From an uncultured Chloroflexia bacterium (GTDB lineage Bacteria > Chloroflexota > Limnocylindria > Limnocylindrales > CSP1-4), in contig CAVTHS010000014.1 in assembly GCA_963734535.1 (NCBI GenBank), forward strand, positions 192,001 to 256,000: 64,000 bases of DNA, written 5' to 3'. Numbering within the stretch: the stretch's first letter is position 1; each line of letters opens with the position of its first letter. This document shows, piece by piece, positions 14,690-26,067 of this stretch. The position numbers and the translations under genes were made by a program. The notes beneath the pieces were generated by a model. The model had not been told where the DNA came from, did no database searches, and saw nothing but the letters and a program-made list of their open reading frames with translations.

Positions 14690-15331
14690 ATGTACGCAGT
14701 CATCGAGACCGGCGGGAAGCAGTATCACGTTGAGGTCGGCACGGAGCTCGCGGTCGAGCTCCTCGACGTGGAACCCGGCCAGGAGATCACCCTCGACCGT
14801 GTCCTGCTGGTCGCGGACGGAGACGAGGCGGCCATCGGCCGTCCGCTCGTCGCCGGTGCCGTCGTCAGCGCCACCGTGCTGCGCGCCGACCGCGCCGACA
14901 AGGTCATCTCGTTCAAGTACAAGCCCAAGGCACGCCGCCGCGTCAAGAAAGGCCACCGCCAGGAGCAGACGATCCTGCGCGTGACCGACGTCGTGCTCAA
15001 CGGCAAGAGCGCCGCGGAGACCGAGAAGGTCGCGGCCGAGGCGCGCAAGACAGAGCGCGAGCGGCTTGCCGAGGCAGCAGCCACGCAGGCGGTCGCCGAC
15101 GCCGCCCTCGCCGCGACCCTGGCCACGAAGGCCGCCGCGGCCGACGCCGCGGATGCGTCCGCCGATGCGGCCAAGAAGCCGGCTCGGACCGCCAAGGCGA
15201 GCGCGCCCGCCACGGGCAAGGCGAAGCCCGCGGCAGCAAAGGCGAAGACGCCCGCCAAGGCGAAGACGCCGGCCCCCGACTCGGCGAAGCCCGCCGCCAA
15301 GCGCCCCCGCGCCGCGAAGAAGGAAGACTGA
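14690..15331 (+). CDS. rplU: 50S ribosomal protein L21 with long Ala/Lys-rich C-tail
   Basis: MYAVIETGGKQY..KYKPK..KKGHRQ. Confidence 0.96.
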   Translation: MYAVIETGGKQYHVEVGTELAVELLDVEPGQEITLDRVLLVADGDEAAIGRPLVAGAVVSATVLRADRADKVISFKYKPKARRRVKKGHRQEQTILRVTDVVLNGKSAAETEKVAAEARKTERERLAEAAATQAVADAALAATLATKAAAADAADASADAAKKPARTAKASAPATGKAKPAAAKAKTPAKAKTPAPDSAKPAAKRPRAAKKED

Positions 15332-15334
15332 TCG

Positions 15335-15637
15335 ATGGCCCACAAGAAAGCAGGCTCGAGCTCGAAGAACGGCCGCGACTCGGTCGGCCAGCGCCTGGGC
15401 GTGAAGGTCGGTGACGGCCAGCTGGTTCCGGCCGGCTCGATCATCGTCCGCCAGCGCGGGATGACCTTCATCGCCGGCACGGGCACCGGCCTCGGACGCG
15501 ACTACACGGTCTTCGCGACCGTCGAGGGCCGCGTCCGTTTCGAGCACCAGACGCGCTTCAAGAAGCGCATCCGCGTCGAGCCCGTGATCGAGGCGGCACC
15601 CGCCGCCGAGACCGAGCCCGCCGTCGCCGGCGCCTGA
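15335..15637 (+). CDS. rpmA: 50S ribosomal protein L27
   Basis: [21 protein letters not shown]. Confidence 0.97.
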   Translation: MAHKKAGSSSKNGRDSVGQRLGVKVGDGQLVPAGSIIVRQRGMTFIAGTGTGLGRDYTVFATVEGRVRFEHQTRFKKRIRVEPVIEAAPAAETEPAVAGA

Positions 15638-15677
15638 AGCCCGGCACGAACCCAGCCACGCCGCCCCCGGAGACCCG

Positions 15678-15893
15678 ATGAAGCCGAACATCCACCCCAA
15701 GTACCACGCCTCGAAGGTGCACTGCGCGACCTGCGGCACCGAGTTCGTCGTCGGGTCCACCCGCCCCGAGCTGCGCGTCGACGTCTGCGGCAACTGCCAC
15801 CCGTTCTACACGGGCAAGCAGATGATCATGGACACCGCCGGTCAGGTCGAACGCTTCCAGAAGCGCCTCGAGCGCGCTGCGACGGGCCGCTGA
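15678..15893 (+). CDS. rpmE: 50S ribosomal protein L31 (Zn-binding type)
   Basis: MKPNIHPKY..CATC..CGNCHPFYTGKQ. Confidence 0.97.
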   Translation: MKPNIHPKYHASKVHCATCGTEFVVGSTRPELRVDVCGNCHPFYTGKQMIMDTAGQVERFQKRLERAATGR

Positions 15894-15963
15894 CGGCTGG
15901 GTCGCATTCGCCACGGCGGGCCACCAGGCCCGCCGTCGTGATTCAGGGCAGGTAGCGTCGCCC

Positions 15964-17164
15964 ATGGCTCGCTTCGCGTACGGTGGCCAGGCGCTCATCG
16001 AGGGCGTCCTCATGCGCGGTCGCGACGTGATCGCGGTCGCGCTGCGACACCCGGACGGGCGCATCGTGTGGGCCGACGAGAAGCTCGCGGTGGGGTTCCG
16101 CGCCACTCGCTGGGCGCGGCTCCCGTTCGTGCGCGGGCTCGTCGTCCTCTACGAGACGCTGGTCGTGGGGACGCGCTGGCTCGTTCGATCGGCGGGGGTG
16201 GCCGCCGTCGAGGATCTTCCTCCCGCAACGCCGCCGGTCCCGCTGCCTCCCGTTGCCGCCGACCCCGACGAGGCGTCCGTCGCGGACGCCGTCGATCCCG
16301 GCGCCGGCGCCGGGATCGATCCGAACCGGTCGTTGCCGGCCGCCTCGCCGGCCCCTGGCGGAGTGGCCGTCTCGTCCGCGCTCGCCGAGCCGGCCGCATT
16401 GCCCGCTCCCGCCGCGCTGGCAGCCCCGGCGCCTGCGGCCTCGCCGGCCGTCCCCGCGCCCGCCGCCGACAGCGCCGAGCTCGGGAAGGGCGCCGTCGCG
16501 CTCATGCTCGGCCTGACCCTGGTCTTCGGCATCGGGCTCTTCTTCTTCGTGCCCCTCCTGCTCGCCAAGGCGATCGCGGGCGGCCAGAGCAGCTACGTGG
16601 AGCGCGCCGTCGAGGGCGTCATCCAGGTCGCGATCTTCCTGGGCTACCTCTCGCTTGATCGGGCGCACCTCGGATGTCCGGCGGACGTTCCAGTACCACG
16701 GCGCGGAGCACATGTCGATCCACGCGCTGGAGGCGGGCGACCCGCTCACGGTCGAGGCGATCCGCAAGTACCCCACCGCGCATCCACGCTGCGGTACCGA
16801 GTTCCTGGTCGTGGTCATCCTCGTCTCGATCGTCGTGTTCAGCCTTGTCGGCCGCCAGGAGATCCCGATCATGATCGCCAGCCGGATCGTGCTGATCCCC
16901 GTCATCGCCGGGATCAGCTACGAGCTGCTCCGGTTCGGCGCGCGCCACCGCGGGAGCCGGATCGTCCGCTGGCTCTTCCAGCCCGGGATCTGGGTCCAGA
17001 AGATCACCACGAAGCAGCCCACGGACGACATGCTCGAGGTCGCCATCGTCAGCCTCGAGCAGGCGCTGCTCGCCGACGGCGAGGAGCTCCCCGCGGGCGG
17101 CATCCGGATCGGGCGCAGCCCGATGGTCCTGTCTGCCGAGGCGCGCCCGGCGACGGAGGCCTGA
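15964..17164 (+). CDS. DUF1385 membrane protein (frameshift ~16655; Pro/Ala-rich insert)
   Basis: YGGQALIEGVLMRG; second frame FQYHGAEH..HPRCGT..QKITTKQP. Confidence 0.88.
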
Positions 17165-17167
17165 GCG

Positions 17168-18274
17168 GTGGCCGACGGGGTCCTGGATCGCAAGCTCCGG
17201 GAGCTTGTCGCGCAGTACGAGCACGTCCAGGCCGAGCTCTCGACCCCCGAAGCGTCGGCGGACATGGACGCGCTGCGCCGGCTCGGCCGCGAGCTGGCGC
17301 GGCTGGAGCCGGTGGTCTCGTCGTATCGGCGCCTGGAGTCGCTCCGCTCGGAGCTGGCCGGCGCACGCGAGATGCGGGACGCGGAGCACGACGACGAGAT
17401 GCAGGCCATGGCCCGCGAGGAGATCACCAGGCTCGAGACCGCCGAGGCCGCCGAGCTCGAGGCGCTGACCGTCCACCTGCTGCCCCGCGATCCCAACGAC
17501 GACCGGAACGTCATCGTGGAGATCCGGGCCGGCGCCGGCGGCGACGAGGCCGCGCTCTTTGCCGGCGACCTGCTCCGGATGTACCTCCGGTACGCCGACC
17601 GGCATCGGCTGCGGGCCGAGGTGATGAGCCTCCACGAGACGGGGATCGGGGGTGTCAAGGAGGCGGTCGTCGAGATCTTCGGCGAGGGCGCCTTCAGCCG
17701 CCTCAAGTTCGAGAGCGGAGTCCACCGCGTCCAGCGCGTCCCGGCCACCGAGTCATCCGGCCGGATCCACACCTCGACCGCGACGGTCGTGGTCCTGCCC
17801 GAGGCCGAGGAGGCCGATCTCTCGATCGACGAGGACCGTGACCTCCGGATCGAGGTCAAGCGCTCCTCTGGCCCCGGTGGCCAGGGCGTCAACACCACCG
17901 ACTCGGCGGTCCGCATCACGCACCTGCCCAGCGGCCTGGTCGTGGAGATCCAGGACGAACGGAGCCAGCTCAAGAACAAGGTCAAGGCGATGGCGATCCT
18001 GCGCGCCCGGCTCCTGGACCGGGAGCTGTCGCGGCAGCGCGAGGCGGACTCCGTCACGCGGCGCTCGCTGATCGGGGCAGGGGACCGCTCCGACAAGATC
18101 CGGACCTACAACTTCGCGCAGGACCGGGTGACGGACCATCGCATCGGGATGGACCTCTCGAACCTGCCCGGCGTGCTCGACGGCAACCTCGATCGGCTGC
18201 TGGAGGCGCTCAGCGCCACCGACCAGGCGGAGCGGCTGGCATCCCTGGCCGACGACGGCGAAGGCGGATCCTGA
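17168..18274 (+). CDS. prfA: Peptide chain release factor 1
   Basis: [12 protein letters not shown] (PxT motif), GGQ, IRTYNF. Confidence 0.97.
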   Translation: MADGVLDRKLRELVAQYEHVQAELSTPEASADMDALRRLGRELARLEPVVSSYRRLESLRSELAGAREMRDAEHDDEMQAMAREEITRLETAEAAELEALTVHLLPRDPNDDRNVIVEIRAGAGGDEAALFAGDLLRMYLRYADRHRLRAEVMSLHETGIGGVKEAVVEIFGEGAFSRLKFESGVHRVQRVPATESSGRIHTSTATVVVLPEAEEADLSIDEDRDLRIEVKRSSGPGGQGVNTTDSAVRITHLPSGLVVEIQDERSQLKNKVKAMAILRARLLDRELSRQREADSVTRRSLIGAGDRSDKIRTYNFAQDRVTDHRIGMDLSNLPGVLDGNLDRLLEALSATDQAERLASLADDGEGGS

Positions 18275-19229
18275 CGCGCGGGTCGGCCGCGACGGTCGGC
18301 GAGCTCCTGGCCCGCGGCGTCGACCGCCTCCGCGCGGCTGGCTCGCCGAGCGCCCGGCTGGACGCCGAGCTGCTCCTGGCGGATGCGCTCGGCACGGATC
18401 GCACCGGGGTGCTGGCACATCCCGACGGCCTCGCCGGCGACGGCCCCGCGGCCCGGTTCGCGGCCGCGCTCGAGCGCCGCGCGTCCGGCGAGCCGGTCGC
18501 CTACATCCGCGGCATCAGGGAGTTCCACGGCCTCGCCCTGGCGGTCGATGCCCGCGCGCTCGTGCCACGCCCCGAGACCGAGCTGCTGGTGGATCTCGCG
18601 CTGGCCGAGCTGGCCGACGTGCTGGGCCGCGCGCCACGCCCGAGCGGGGACGCCGCCGCTTCGCGTGGCCGACGTCGGGACCGGGAGCGGCGCCATCGCG
18701 GTCGCGATCGCGGCCGCGCTGCGGCGGCGCGGCATGGCCGCCGAGGTGGAGATCGTCGCGTCCGACCGCTCGGCCGGGGCCGCCGCGCTGGCAGCCGAGA
18801 ACGCGGTCGCGCACGGCGTGGCCGATCACGTGGGGATCGCGGTGGCCGACCTCCTGCCCACCGCCGGCGTGGAGGCGGGCCTGCTGCGCGCGCCCGATCG
18901 CTTCGACCTGGTGTGCGCCAACCTGCCCTACATCCGCACGGCCGATCTCGCCGGCCTCCCGGCACCGATCGGGTTCGAGCCGCGCGAGGCGCTTGACGGC
19001 GGACCCGACGGGCTCGACGTCATCCGGCGCCTGCTCGCGCTGCTTCCCGACCAGGCTCGACGCGGCCGGCCTCGCCCTCCTCGAGATCGGTGCCGACCAG
19101 TCCGGCCTGGTCTCGGGAGCCGTCGCGTCCCTCCTGCCGGGCTGGGGCTGCGAGGTCGTGGCGGACCTCGCCGGGCTGCCGCGGATCGCCCGGGTCGCGC
19201 CTGCCACGCGCCCCGCGTCCGAGGCGTGA
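18275..19229 (+). CDS. prmC: Release factor glutamine methyltransferase PrmC/HemK (two frameshifts)
   Basis: RLDAELLL, GEPVAYI..LVPRPETE, DVGTGSGAIA, NLPY, ALDGGPDG, EIG spread over three frames; start approximate. Confidence 0.88.
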
Positions 19230-20118
19230 CGAGGCGGACGCCGGTGACGGGCGACCGGCGGCGCCCGATCCGGCTGGTAGCGCTCGACCTCGACGGCACC
19301 CTGGTCGGCGATGACCTGCGGATCCGGCCGAGGACCGTCGCGGCCGTGCGGGCGGCCGTCGAGGCGGGCGTCGCGGTCGCGATCGTCACCGGGCGGATGA
19401 CCAGCTCCGCGCTCCCCTACGCGCGCGAGCTCGGGCTGCGCGTCCCGATCGTGGGGATGCAGGGTGCCCTGATCCGCGAGATGCCCGCCGCGGGCCACTC
19501 CGGCCTGGGTCGACTGCTCTTCCACCGGCCGCTGCCGGCCGCCGTCGTCCTCGACGCGCTGGCCTGGTGCCGGGGCAAGGGGCTCGACCCGCACCTCAAC
19601 CACCTCGAGAGGATGGTGGTTCCCGCCGCGCACTCCCGCGCGGCCGAGTACGTCCGGTTCAACCTGGGCCGCGTCGCGGTCGTGCCCGACCTCGATGCGT
19701 GGGTGACGCCACCCGGTGACGAAGGTGATCTCGGTGGGGAATCCCCCGGCCCCGACCCGACGTCCTGCCCGCCGCCCGGGCCGACTTCGAGGGACGCGCG
19801 CTGGCCACCGTCAGCCACCCGATGTTCCTCGAGTTCGTGGCGCCCGGGGTCAGCAAGGGGGCCGCCGTCGGCTGGCTCGCACGCCGCCTGGGCGTGGACC
19901 TGCGTGACGCGCTCGCCATCGGCGACCAGCTCAACGACCTCGAGATGATCGCCGAGGTGGGGTTCGGCGTCGCGATGCCGCACGGCCCGTCGGAGCTCCG
20001 GGCCGCGGCCAGCCTCGTGGCCCCGCCCTTCGAGGAGGACGGCGCGGCCCAGGTCATCGAGACGTACGTGCTCGGCGGCCGCGCCGGCGCCCGACGACGC
20101 GACGCGGTGGCGCCCTGA
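19226..20118 (+). CDS. Cof-type HAD hydrolase (frameshifted ~19710-19780)
   Basis: [23 protein letters not shown]. Confidence 0.88.
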
Positions 20119-20257
20119 CCCTGTTCTCCGCGGGTGCGTTCGGGCGCCTCGCGGGTGGTTGGGTGACAATGGCACGAATGCGCCGGCCGGTGGGTGCCGG
20201 ACAGGTCGAGCGTCTCCGGCGGAGGCGGCGACCGGGGGCGACCCGAAGGGAGTGGGG

Positions 20258-21538
20258 ATGAGCGTGACGGACGCCTCGCGAGCTGCGTGGGCGACGGTCG
20301 CCGAGCTGGACCCCGAGATCTGGTCCGCGATGCGCGGCGAGGCGGACCGCCAGCGCTGGAAGATCGAGCTGATCGCGAGCGAGAACTACACGTTCGCCGC
20401 GGTCATGGAAGCGCAGGGCTCCTGGCTCACGAACAAGTACGCGGAAGGCCTTCCGGGCCGGCGGTACTACGGCGGTTGCGAGTACGTGGACGTCGTGGAG
20501 CGGCTTGCGCAGGATCGCGCCCTCGCCCTCTTCCCGGGCGCGGAGCACGTCAACGTCCAGCCCCATGCCGGCGCCCCCGCGAACCTGGCCGCGTTCTACG
20601 CCGTGCTCTCGCCCGGCGACCGGATCCTCGGGATGAGCCTGGCCCACGGCGGCCACCTGACGCACGGCTCGCCCGTCAACGTCAGCGGCAAGTGGTTCGA
20701 GGTCCACGCCTACGGCGTCGACCCCGAGACGAACCTGATCGACTACGACCTGCTGGAGCGGCAGGCCGCGGAGGTCCGGCCCAAGCTCGTCATCGCCGGT
20801 GCAAGCTCCTACTCGCGGATCCTCGACTTCGAGCGCTTCGCGGCGATCGCCCATGGCGTGGGGGCGTATCTCCTCGTCGACATGGCGCACATCGCGGGCC
20901 TCGTCGCGGCCGGGGAGCACCCATCGCCCTTCCCGCACGCGGACCTGGTCACGACGACAACCCACAAGACGCTCCGCGGCCCGCGGGGCGGCCTGATCTT
21001 CTCGACGGCCGAGCTCGCCAAGCAGGTGGACAAGGCCGTCTTCCCGGGAACCCAGGGCGGGCCGCTGATGCACGTCATCGCCGCGAAGGCGGTCGCGCTG
21101 CGCCTCGCCGCCACGCCCGAGTTCCGGGAGGACCAGCGTCGGACGGTGGAGAACGCGCGCGTCCTCGCGGAGGCCATCGGCGCGCGCGGCGGCAGGCTCA
21201 TCACCGGCGGGACGGACACCCACCTGATGAGCGTCGACGTGACGCCGTTCGGGGCGACGGGCCGGGAGGCGGAGCGTCTGCTCGACAACGTGGGGATCAC
21301 GGTCAACAAGAACGCCATCCCGTTCGACCCGAATCCGCCCAACATCGCCTCCGGGATCCGGATCGGGACCCCGGCCACCACGACCCGCGGGTTCGGCGCC
21401 GCCGAGATGCGCGAGATCGGCCGGCTCATCGTGGCGTCGCTCACCTCCCGGGACGAGCCCGCCGAGCAGACGAAGATCGCCGCGGAGGTTCGCGACATCT
21501 GCGGGCGCTTCCCCGTCCCGGGGTTGCCCGAAGCATGA
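20258..21538 (+). CDS. glyA: Serine hydroxymethyltransferase
   Basis: [27 protein letters not shown]. Confidence 0.97.
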   Translation: MSVTDASRAAWATVAELDPEIWSAMRGEADRQRWKIELIASENYTFAAVMEAQGSWLTNKYAEGLPGRRYYGGCEYVDVVERLAQDRALALFPGAEHVNVQPHAGAPANLAAFYAVLSPGDRILGMSLAHGGHLTHGSPVNVSGKWFEVHAYGVDPETNLIDYDLLERQAAEVRPKLVIAGASSYSRILDFERFAAIAHGVGAYLLVDMAHIAGLVAAGEHPSPFPHADLVTTTTHKTLRGPRGGLIFSTAELAKQVDKAVFPGTQGGPLMHVIAAKAVALRLAATPEFREDQRRTVENARVLAEAIGARGGRLITGGTDTHLMSVDVTPFGATGREAERLLDNVGITVNKNAIPFDPNPPNIASGIRIGTPATTTRGFGAAEMREIGRLIVASLTSRDEPAEQTKIAAEVRDICGRFPVPGLPEA

Positions 21539-21542
21539 CCCG

Positions 21543-22607
21543 GTGAGCGAGGGGATCGCGGGTCCGGCCCTCGCCGCGTTCGCGACCGCCGCGATCCTCG
21601 CCCTCGTCCTCACCCCGCTCGTCCGCCGGATCGCTCACCGGTTCGACGTCCTGGACCGGCCCGAGGAGCGCCGCGTCAACACCTCGCCGGTCCCGCGCGG
21701 CGGCGGCATCGCGGTCGCCGCGGCCTTCGTGATCACCGCGCTCGGCCTGCTCGTGGCAGACGCGCGCTTCGGGATCTGGCCCTCGTCGGACGCCCCCGGC
21801 GCCGGCGAGGTCGTCGCGCTGATCGGAGGAGCGGCACTGGCGGCCCTGATCGGCAGCCTGGACGACTGGTTCGACCTGCGCGCGCGCTGGCAGCTTGCCG
21901 GGCAGCTCGTGGTGGCGGGCGTCGCCGTGGGCCTGGGCATCACCGTGACCCTGCTCGCGAACCCGTTCGGGCCGGGCTTCATCCGCCTCGGCGGGGTCTT
22001 CGGGGCCGCCTTCGCGGTGCTGTGGGTCCTGGGGATGATCAACAGCATCAACTTCATCGACGGGCTCGACGGGCTCTCGTCGGGCGTGGCCCTGATCGCA
22101 GCGCTGACGCTCGGGACGATCAGCCTGACCGGCCCGATCGACCAGCCGGCCGTCGCGCTCTTCTGCTTCGCGCTGGCCGGTGCGCTCCTCGGCTTCCTGC
22201 GCTGGAACCTCCACCCCGCCTCGATCTTCCTCGGGACGAGCGGCGTGATGATGATCGGCTACGCCCTGGCGCTGCTCGCCATCCTCGGGAGCGCCAAGGT
22301 CGCCGTTGCCCTCCTCGTCCTGGGCGTCCCGGTCATCGACACGTTCTGGATCATCGTCCGGCGCCTCTCGGAGGGCCGCTCGCCGTTCTCGCCGGATCGC
22401 GGCCACATCCACCACCGGCTCCTGGACCTTGGCCTCTCCCACGGCCAGACGGTGCTCGTCATCTACGCCGTGTGCATCGCGCTCGCCGTGCTCTCGCTCG
22501 TGCTCTCCGGCACGGGCCAGATGTACGCATTCCTGGGCGTCTTCGTGATCTTCGGGCTCGGGCTGTACCTGCTCAGCCGCGCGGCGGGAGGGAACGACGC
22601 CGCCTGA
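21543..22607 (+). CDS. WecA/TagO (MraY-family) polyprenyl-phosphate sugar-phosphate transferase
   Basis: PRGGGIAV, GSLDD, NFIDGLDGL, IFLGTSG, DRGHIHHRL. Confidence 0.9.
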   Translation: MSEGIAGPALAAFATAAILALVLTPLVRRIAHRFDVLDRPEERRVNTSPVPRGGGIAVAAAFVITALGLLVADARFGIWPSSDAPGAGEVVALIGGAALAALIGSLDDWFDLRARWQLAGQLVVAGVAVGLGITVTLLANPFGPGFIRLGGVFGAAFAVLWVLGMINSINFIDGLDGLSSGVALIAALTLGTISLTGPIDQPAVALFCFALAGALLGFLRWNLHPASIFLGTSGVMMIGYALALLAILGSAKVAVALLVLGVPVIDTFWIIVRRLSEGRSPFSPDRGHIHHRLLDLGLSHGQTVLVIYAVCIALAVLSLVLSGTGQMYAFLGVFVIFGLGLYLLSRAAGGNDAA

Positions 22608-22668
22608 CGCGCGCTACGCTTGGTGCCCGGCCCACCCGGGATGGACGGGCTCGCCGTGAGGAGCAGTC

Positions 22669-23724
22669 GTGAAGCGGTCGCGGCAGGAGTCGTGGGCGCT
22701 CGACGCGGTCATCGCGCTCGTCGAGGCGCCGGGCCTCCGGGTGTGGCTGGCGATCGTGGGCGCGGCCCTCGCGATCGGGACGGCGGGATACATGCTCCTG
22801 GAGGGCTGGAGCCTCTCGGACGCGCTCTACATGACCGTGATCAGCGTCACGACGGCCGGCTTCCGCGAGGTTCGCGAGCTTGACGACGGTGGCCGGCTGT
22901 GGACCATGCTGGTCACCGGCTTCGGGGTCATCCTCATCTTCGGGAGCGTGGGCCTCGTGACCGAGTACCTCGTGATCGAGGCGACGAGCGGACGGAGGGT
23001 CGGGCGACGCATGACACGCCAGGTGGACGAGCTCCGCGATCACTTCGTCCTGTGCGGGTACGGCCGGGTCGGATCCACCGTCGCCCACGAGCTGGTGCAT
23101 GACGGCGAACGGTTCGTGGTCATCGACGCCAACCCCGATTCGATCAAGCACGCCCGGGACGACGGCTACCTCGTGGTGGAGGGCGATGCCACCGACGATG
23201 CGACGCTCCGCGCCGGCGGCATCACCAGGGCGAAGGGCCTCGTCGCCACGATCGATTCGGACGCCCAGAACGTGTACGTGATCCTCTCGGCCCGCGCGCT
23301 CAACCCGGGCCTCTTCGTGGTCGGCAGGGCCAGCACGCCGGCCGCCGAAGAGAAGCTGGCCCGCGCCGGCGCCGACCGGATCGTCTCGCCGTACACGATG
23401 GCCGGACGGCGAATCGCCGAGCTGGCCGTGCGGCCGCGGGTGGTGGACTTCCTGGACGCCGCGCTCTCGCACGGCGAGCTCTCGTTCAGCATCGAGGAGC
23501 TCCATGCGCGCGCGGGCGGGCCGCTCGAGGGGGCCAGCGTCGGGGAGCTCCGCGGGCGCGGGCTCTTCGTGCTCGCGATCCTGGGGGCGGACGATCGGTA
23601 TGCCGCGAACCCGCCCGGCGACCGGCGGCTCATGGGCGGCGAGACGTTCATCGCGTCGGGCTCCGCGGAGGCGCTCGGGGCGGCGCGGTCAGGCGCGGCT
23701 GCTGGGGGCCGGTTGCCCGCCTGA
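22669..23724 (+). CDS. Potassium channel with TrkA-N/RCK domain
   Basis: Pore TTAGF, GYGRVG, EGDAT. Confidence 0.88.
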   Translation: MKRSRQESWALDAVIALVEAPGLRVWLAIVGAALAIGTAGYMLLEGWSLSDALYMTVISVTTAGFREVRELDDGGRLWTMLVTGFGVILIFGSVGLVTEYLVIEATSGRRVGRRMTRQVDELRDHFVLCGYGRVGSTVAHELVHDGERFVVIDANPDSIKHARDDGYLVVEGDATDDATLRAGGITRAKGLVATIDSDAQNVYVILSARALNPGLFVVGRASTPAAEEKLARAGADRIVSPYTMAGRRIAELAVRPRVVDFLDAALSHGELSFSIEELHARAGGPLEGASVGELRGRGLFVLAILGADDRYAANPPGDRRLMGGETFIASGSAEALGAARSGAAAGGRLPA

Positions 23725-23772
23725 CGCCCCCATTGCTATACTCGCGCGGCTTCGCCAGGGAGCCGAATCGCC

Positions 23773-23991
23773 GTGCCCGAACGGGCCTGGGGTTACTTCG
23801 CACTCTTCTCCGAGATCGGCCTCGTGCTCCTCGTGGCGGTCCTGGTGGGCGTGCTGGGCGGATACTGGGTGGACCAGCAGCTGCGAACGCTGCCGATCTT
23901 CGTCCTCGTCGGGCTCCTCGTCGGGCTCGGTGCGGGTGCCCGGGCCGTCTACCAGCTGATCAGCAGGTTCCTGGCGACCTTCGACGACTGA
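23773..23991 (+). CDS. AtpZ/AtpI-family ATP synthase accessory protein
   Basis: 72 aa, two TM, GYWVDQ; first gene of atp operon. Confidence 0.8.
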   Translation: MPERAWGYFALFSEIGLVLLVAVLVGVLGGYWVDQQLRTLPIFVLVGLLVGLGAGARAVYQLISRFLATFDD

Positions 23992-24097
23992 CGGGGGGAG
24001 AGCGCGGCCGTCCGGCCGTGCCCCCGGTGCATGGAGAGAGCGTGGCGAGCAGCGGCAGATGGAGGGACCCTCGAGGGGCGCCCGCGGAGGCGGCACG

Positions 24098-25093
24098 GTG
24101 AGCCGGTTCCTGACGCGGCGCACCCTCGGCTATCTCGTGCTCGCAGTCCTGGCTCTCGACGTCCTCGCCTTCCTGGCCCTTCCCCCGGCGGAGAAGGGCG
24201 CGGCCTCGGGCACCGCGTGCGCCTACCCCGTCTGCTTCATCAACGGGAACCTGGAGCTTCCCGCGCCCCACGTGATCGTGGACCTGGACCCGGCCAACCC
24301 GACGCCGACCGGCCCGCTCGTGGTGGGCTTCTGGCCCAGCATCACGAGCACGATCTTCACGATGTGGATCGTGATCCTGCTCGTGCTGGGCCTCTCGATC
24401 CTCATGACGCGCCGGCGCGACGTCATCCCCGGACGTCTGCAGAACGCCGCCGAGCTCGCCTACGAGTCCCTCGAGAACTTCGCGGTCTCCCTCGGCGGCG
24501 ATCGCGCCCGGCCGTACGTGCCGTGGTTCGCGGGGCTCTTCATCTTCATCGTGGCCGGCAACTGGATCGGCCTCGTGTCGCCGGTCGGCAAGCTGGAGGA
24601 GCTCCGGGCCCCGACCAGCGACGTGAACGTGACACTCGGCCTTGCGCTCGTCAGCTTCACGGTCTTCCAGGTGGAGGGCTTCCGTGCGCTGGGTGTCGGC
24701 GGCTACCTCGGCAAGTTCTTCCCCCTGTACGAGTTCAGGAACGGCGTGGGCGCCGGCATCATCGCCCTGTTCGTCGGGCTGATCGAGCTCCTCCTCGAGT
24801 TCATCAAGCCCGTCACGCTGTCGATGCGCCTCTTCGGCAACATCTATGGTGGTGAGGTCGCGCTCGGGGTGGTCACCGGCCTCACGGTCGCCATCCTGCC
24901 GGTCGCGCTGTATGGGCTGGAGTTCCTCCTGAACCTGGTCCAGGCGCTCATCTTCAGCGTCCTCTCGCTCATGTTCATCCTCATCGCCACCGAAGGCCAC
25001 GAGCACGAGGAGGGCCACCTCGCCGAGGAGGTCCTCGACGCGTCCGCGGACATGGCCGCACCAGCCATGCATACGAGCCCGTCAGGGGCCTGA
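24098..25093 (+). CDS. atpB: ATP synthase F0 subunit a
   Basis: PTSDVN, LSMRLFGNI, LVQALIF. Confidence 0.95.
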   Translation: MSRFLTRRTLGYLVLAVLALDVLAFLALPPAEKGAASGTACAYPVCFINGNLELPAPHVIVDLDPANPTPTGPLVVGFWPSITSTIFTMWIVILLVLGLSILMTRRRDVIPGRLQNAAELAYESLENFAVSLGGDRARPYVPWFAGLFIFIVAGNWIGLVSPVGKLEELRAPTSDVNVTLGLALVSFTVFQVEGFRALGVGGYLGKFFPLYEFRNGVGAGIIALFVGLIELLLEFIKPVTLSMRLFGNIYGGEVALGVVTGLTVAILPVALYGLEFLLNLVQALIFSVLSLMFILIATEGHEHEEGHLAEEVLDASADMAAPAMHTSPSGA

Positions 25094-25146
25094 TCCGTCG
25101 TCACCAGACCCCGGGAGACCCCCGGAGGCAGGAGGGAGTACCACTC

Positions 25147-25359
25147 ATGGAGCACCTCGGCGCAGGCCTTGCGGCCCTCGGCGTCATCGGCCCCGGCATC
25201 GGCATCGGCATCCTCGCGGGCATGTCCAGCAGCGCGATCAGCCGGAACCCGGACGCGGCCTCCCAGATCCGCGGCCTTGCCATCATCCTCGCGGCGTTCG
25301 CCGAAGGGCTCGGCGTCCTCGCGGTGGTGGTCGGCCTCCTCGCGATCTTCATCAAGTAG
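25147..25359 (+). CDS. atpE: ATP synthase F0 subunit c
   Basis: GxGxGxG, RNP loop, conserved Glu (FAEG); no Na+-binding Q/ES(T) signature. Confidence 0.95.
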   Translation: MEHLGAGLAALGVIGPGIGIGILAGMSSSAISRNPDAASQIRGLAIILAAFAEGLGVLAVVVGLLAIFIK

Positions 25360-25380
25360 GCGACGAGCCGGAGCCCCAGC

Positions 25381-26067
25381 GTGGCATTCGTCGACGCCGG
25401 CCAGGCGGCCCGCGAGGTCGTCCGCCTCCAGGCCGAGGCCGCGACCCCCGGGTTGACCATCAACCTGTTCTGGATCATCGTCGCGGCCCTCAACTTCCTG
25501 GTCTTCTTCGCCGTGCTCTACCTGGTGGTCCTCAAGCCGATCGGGGCGACGCTGCGAGATCGCCGCGCGCGCATCGAGCAGGGGATCCACGACGCCGACC
25601 AGGCCCGCATCGAACGCGCCGCCGGCGAGGCGGCCGCGCTCGCGGAGCTGCATGCCGCGCGCCGCGAGGCGCGCGAGATCCTCGAGCGCGCCCAGAAGCT
25701 GGCCGAGGAGAGCCGTGCCGCAGACGTCGCCGCGACCCGCGAGGAGCTGGAGCGGATGCGCGTTCGTGCGTCCGCGGAGATCGAGGCCGAGAAGGCCCGC
25801 GCCATCGCCGACCTGCGGACCGAGGTCGCAACGCTCGCCCTCGACGCCGCCGGCCGCGTCGTGGGCGAGACGATGAGCAGCGACCGGCAGCGCCGCCTGG
25901 TCGAGGAATACCTCGCCGAATCCGCCGCGGGCGCACGTCCGGCAGGGGGACCGGCTGCGGCCGGAGCGGCCTCCGAAGGGCCCGCTGCCGGAGGAGCGGC
26001 CTCCGGCCTGTCCGGGACGAGCGAATCCGGCGCGAGCGGACCGGCGGCCGGAGGGCCTGTCGCCTGA
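25381..26067 (+). CDS. atpF: ATP synthase F0 subunit b
   Basis: N-terminal TM (NFLVF..KPI), coiled coil, operon position. Confidence 0.92.
   Translation: MAFVDAGQAAREVVRLQAEAATPGLTINLFWIIVAALNFLVFFAVLYLVVLKPIGATLRDRRARIEQGIHDADQARIERAAGEAAALAELHAARREAREILERAQKLAEESRAADVAATREELERMRVRASAEIEAEKARAIADLRTEVATLALDAAGRVVGETMSSDRQRRLVEEYLAESAAGARPAGGPAAAGAASEGPAAGGAASGLSGTSESGASGPAAGGPVA

Noticed and set aside
20119-20257. Possible riboswitch upstream of glyA
   Set aside because: No recognisable ZTP, glycine or THF consensus by eye; an Rfam scan would be needed.
25147-25359. Na+-coupled ATP synthase, suggested by the adjacent cation channel
   Set aside because: The c subunit lacks the Q..ES/T sodium-binding signature.
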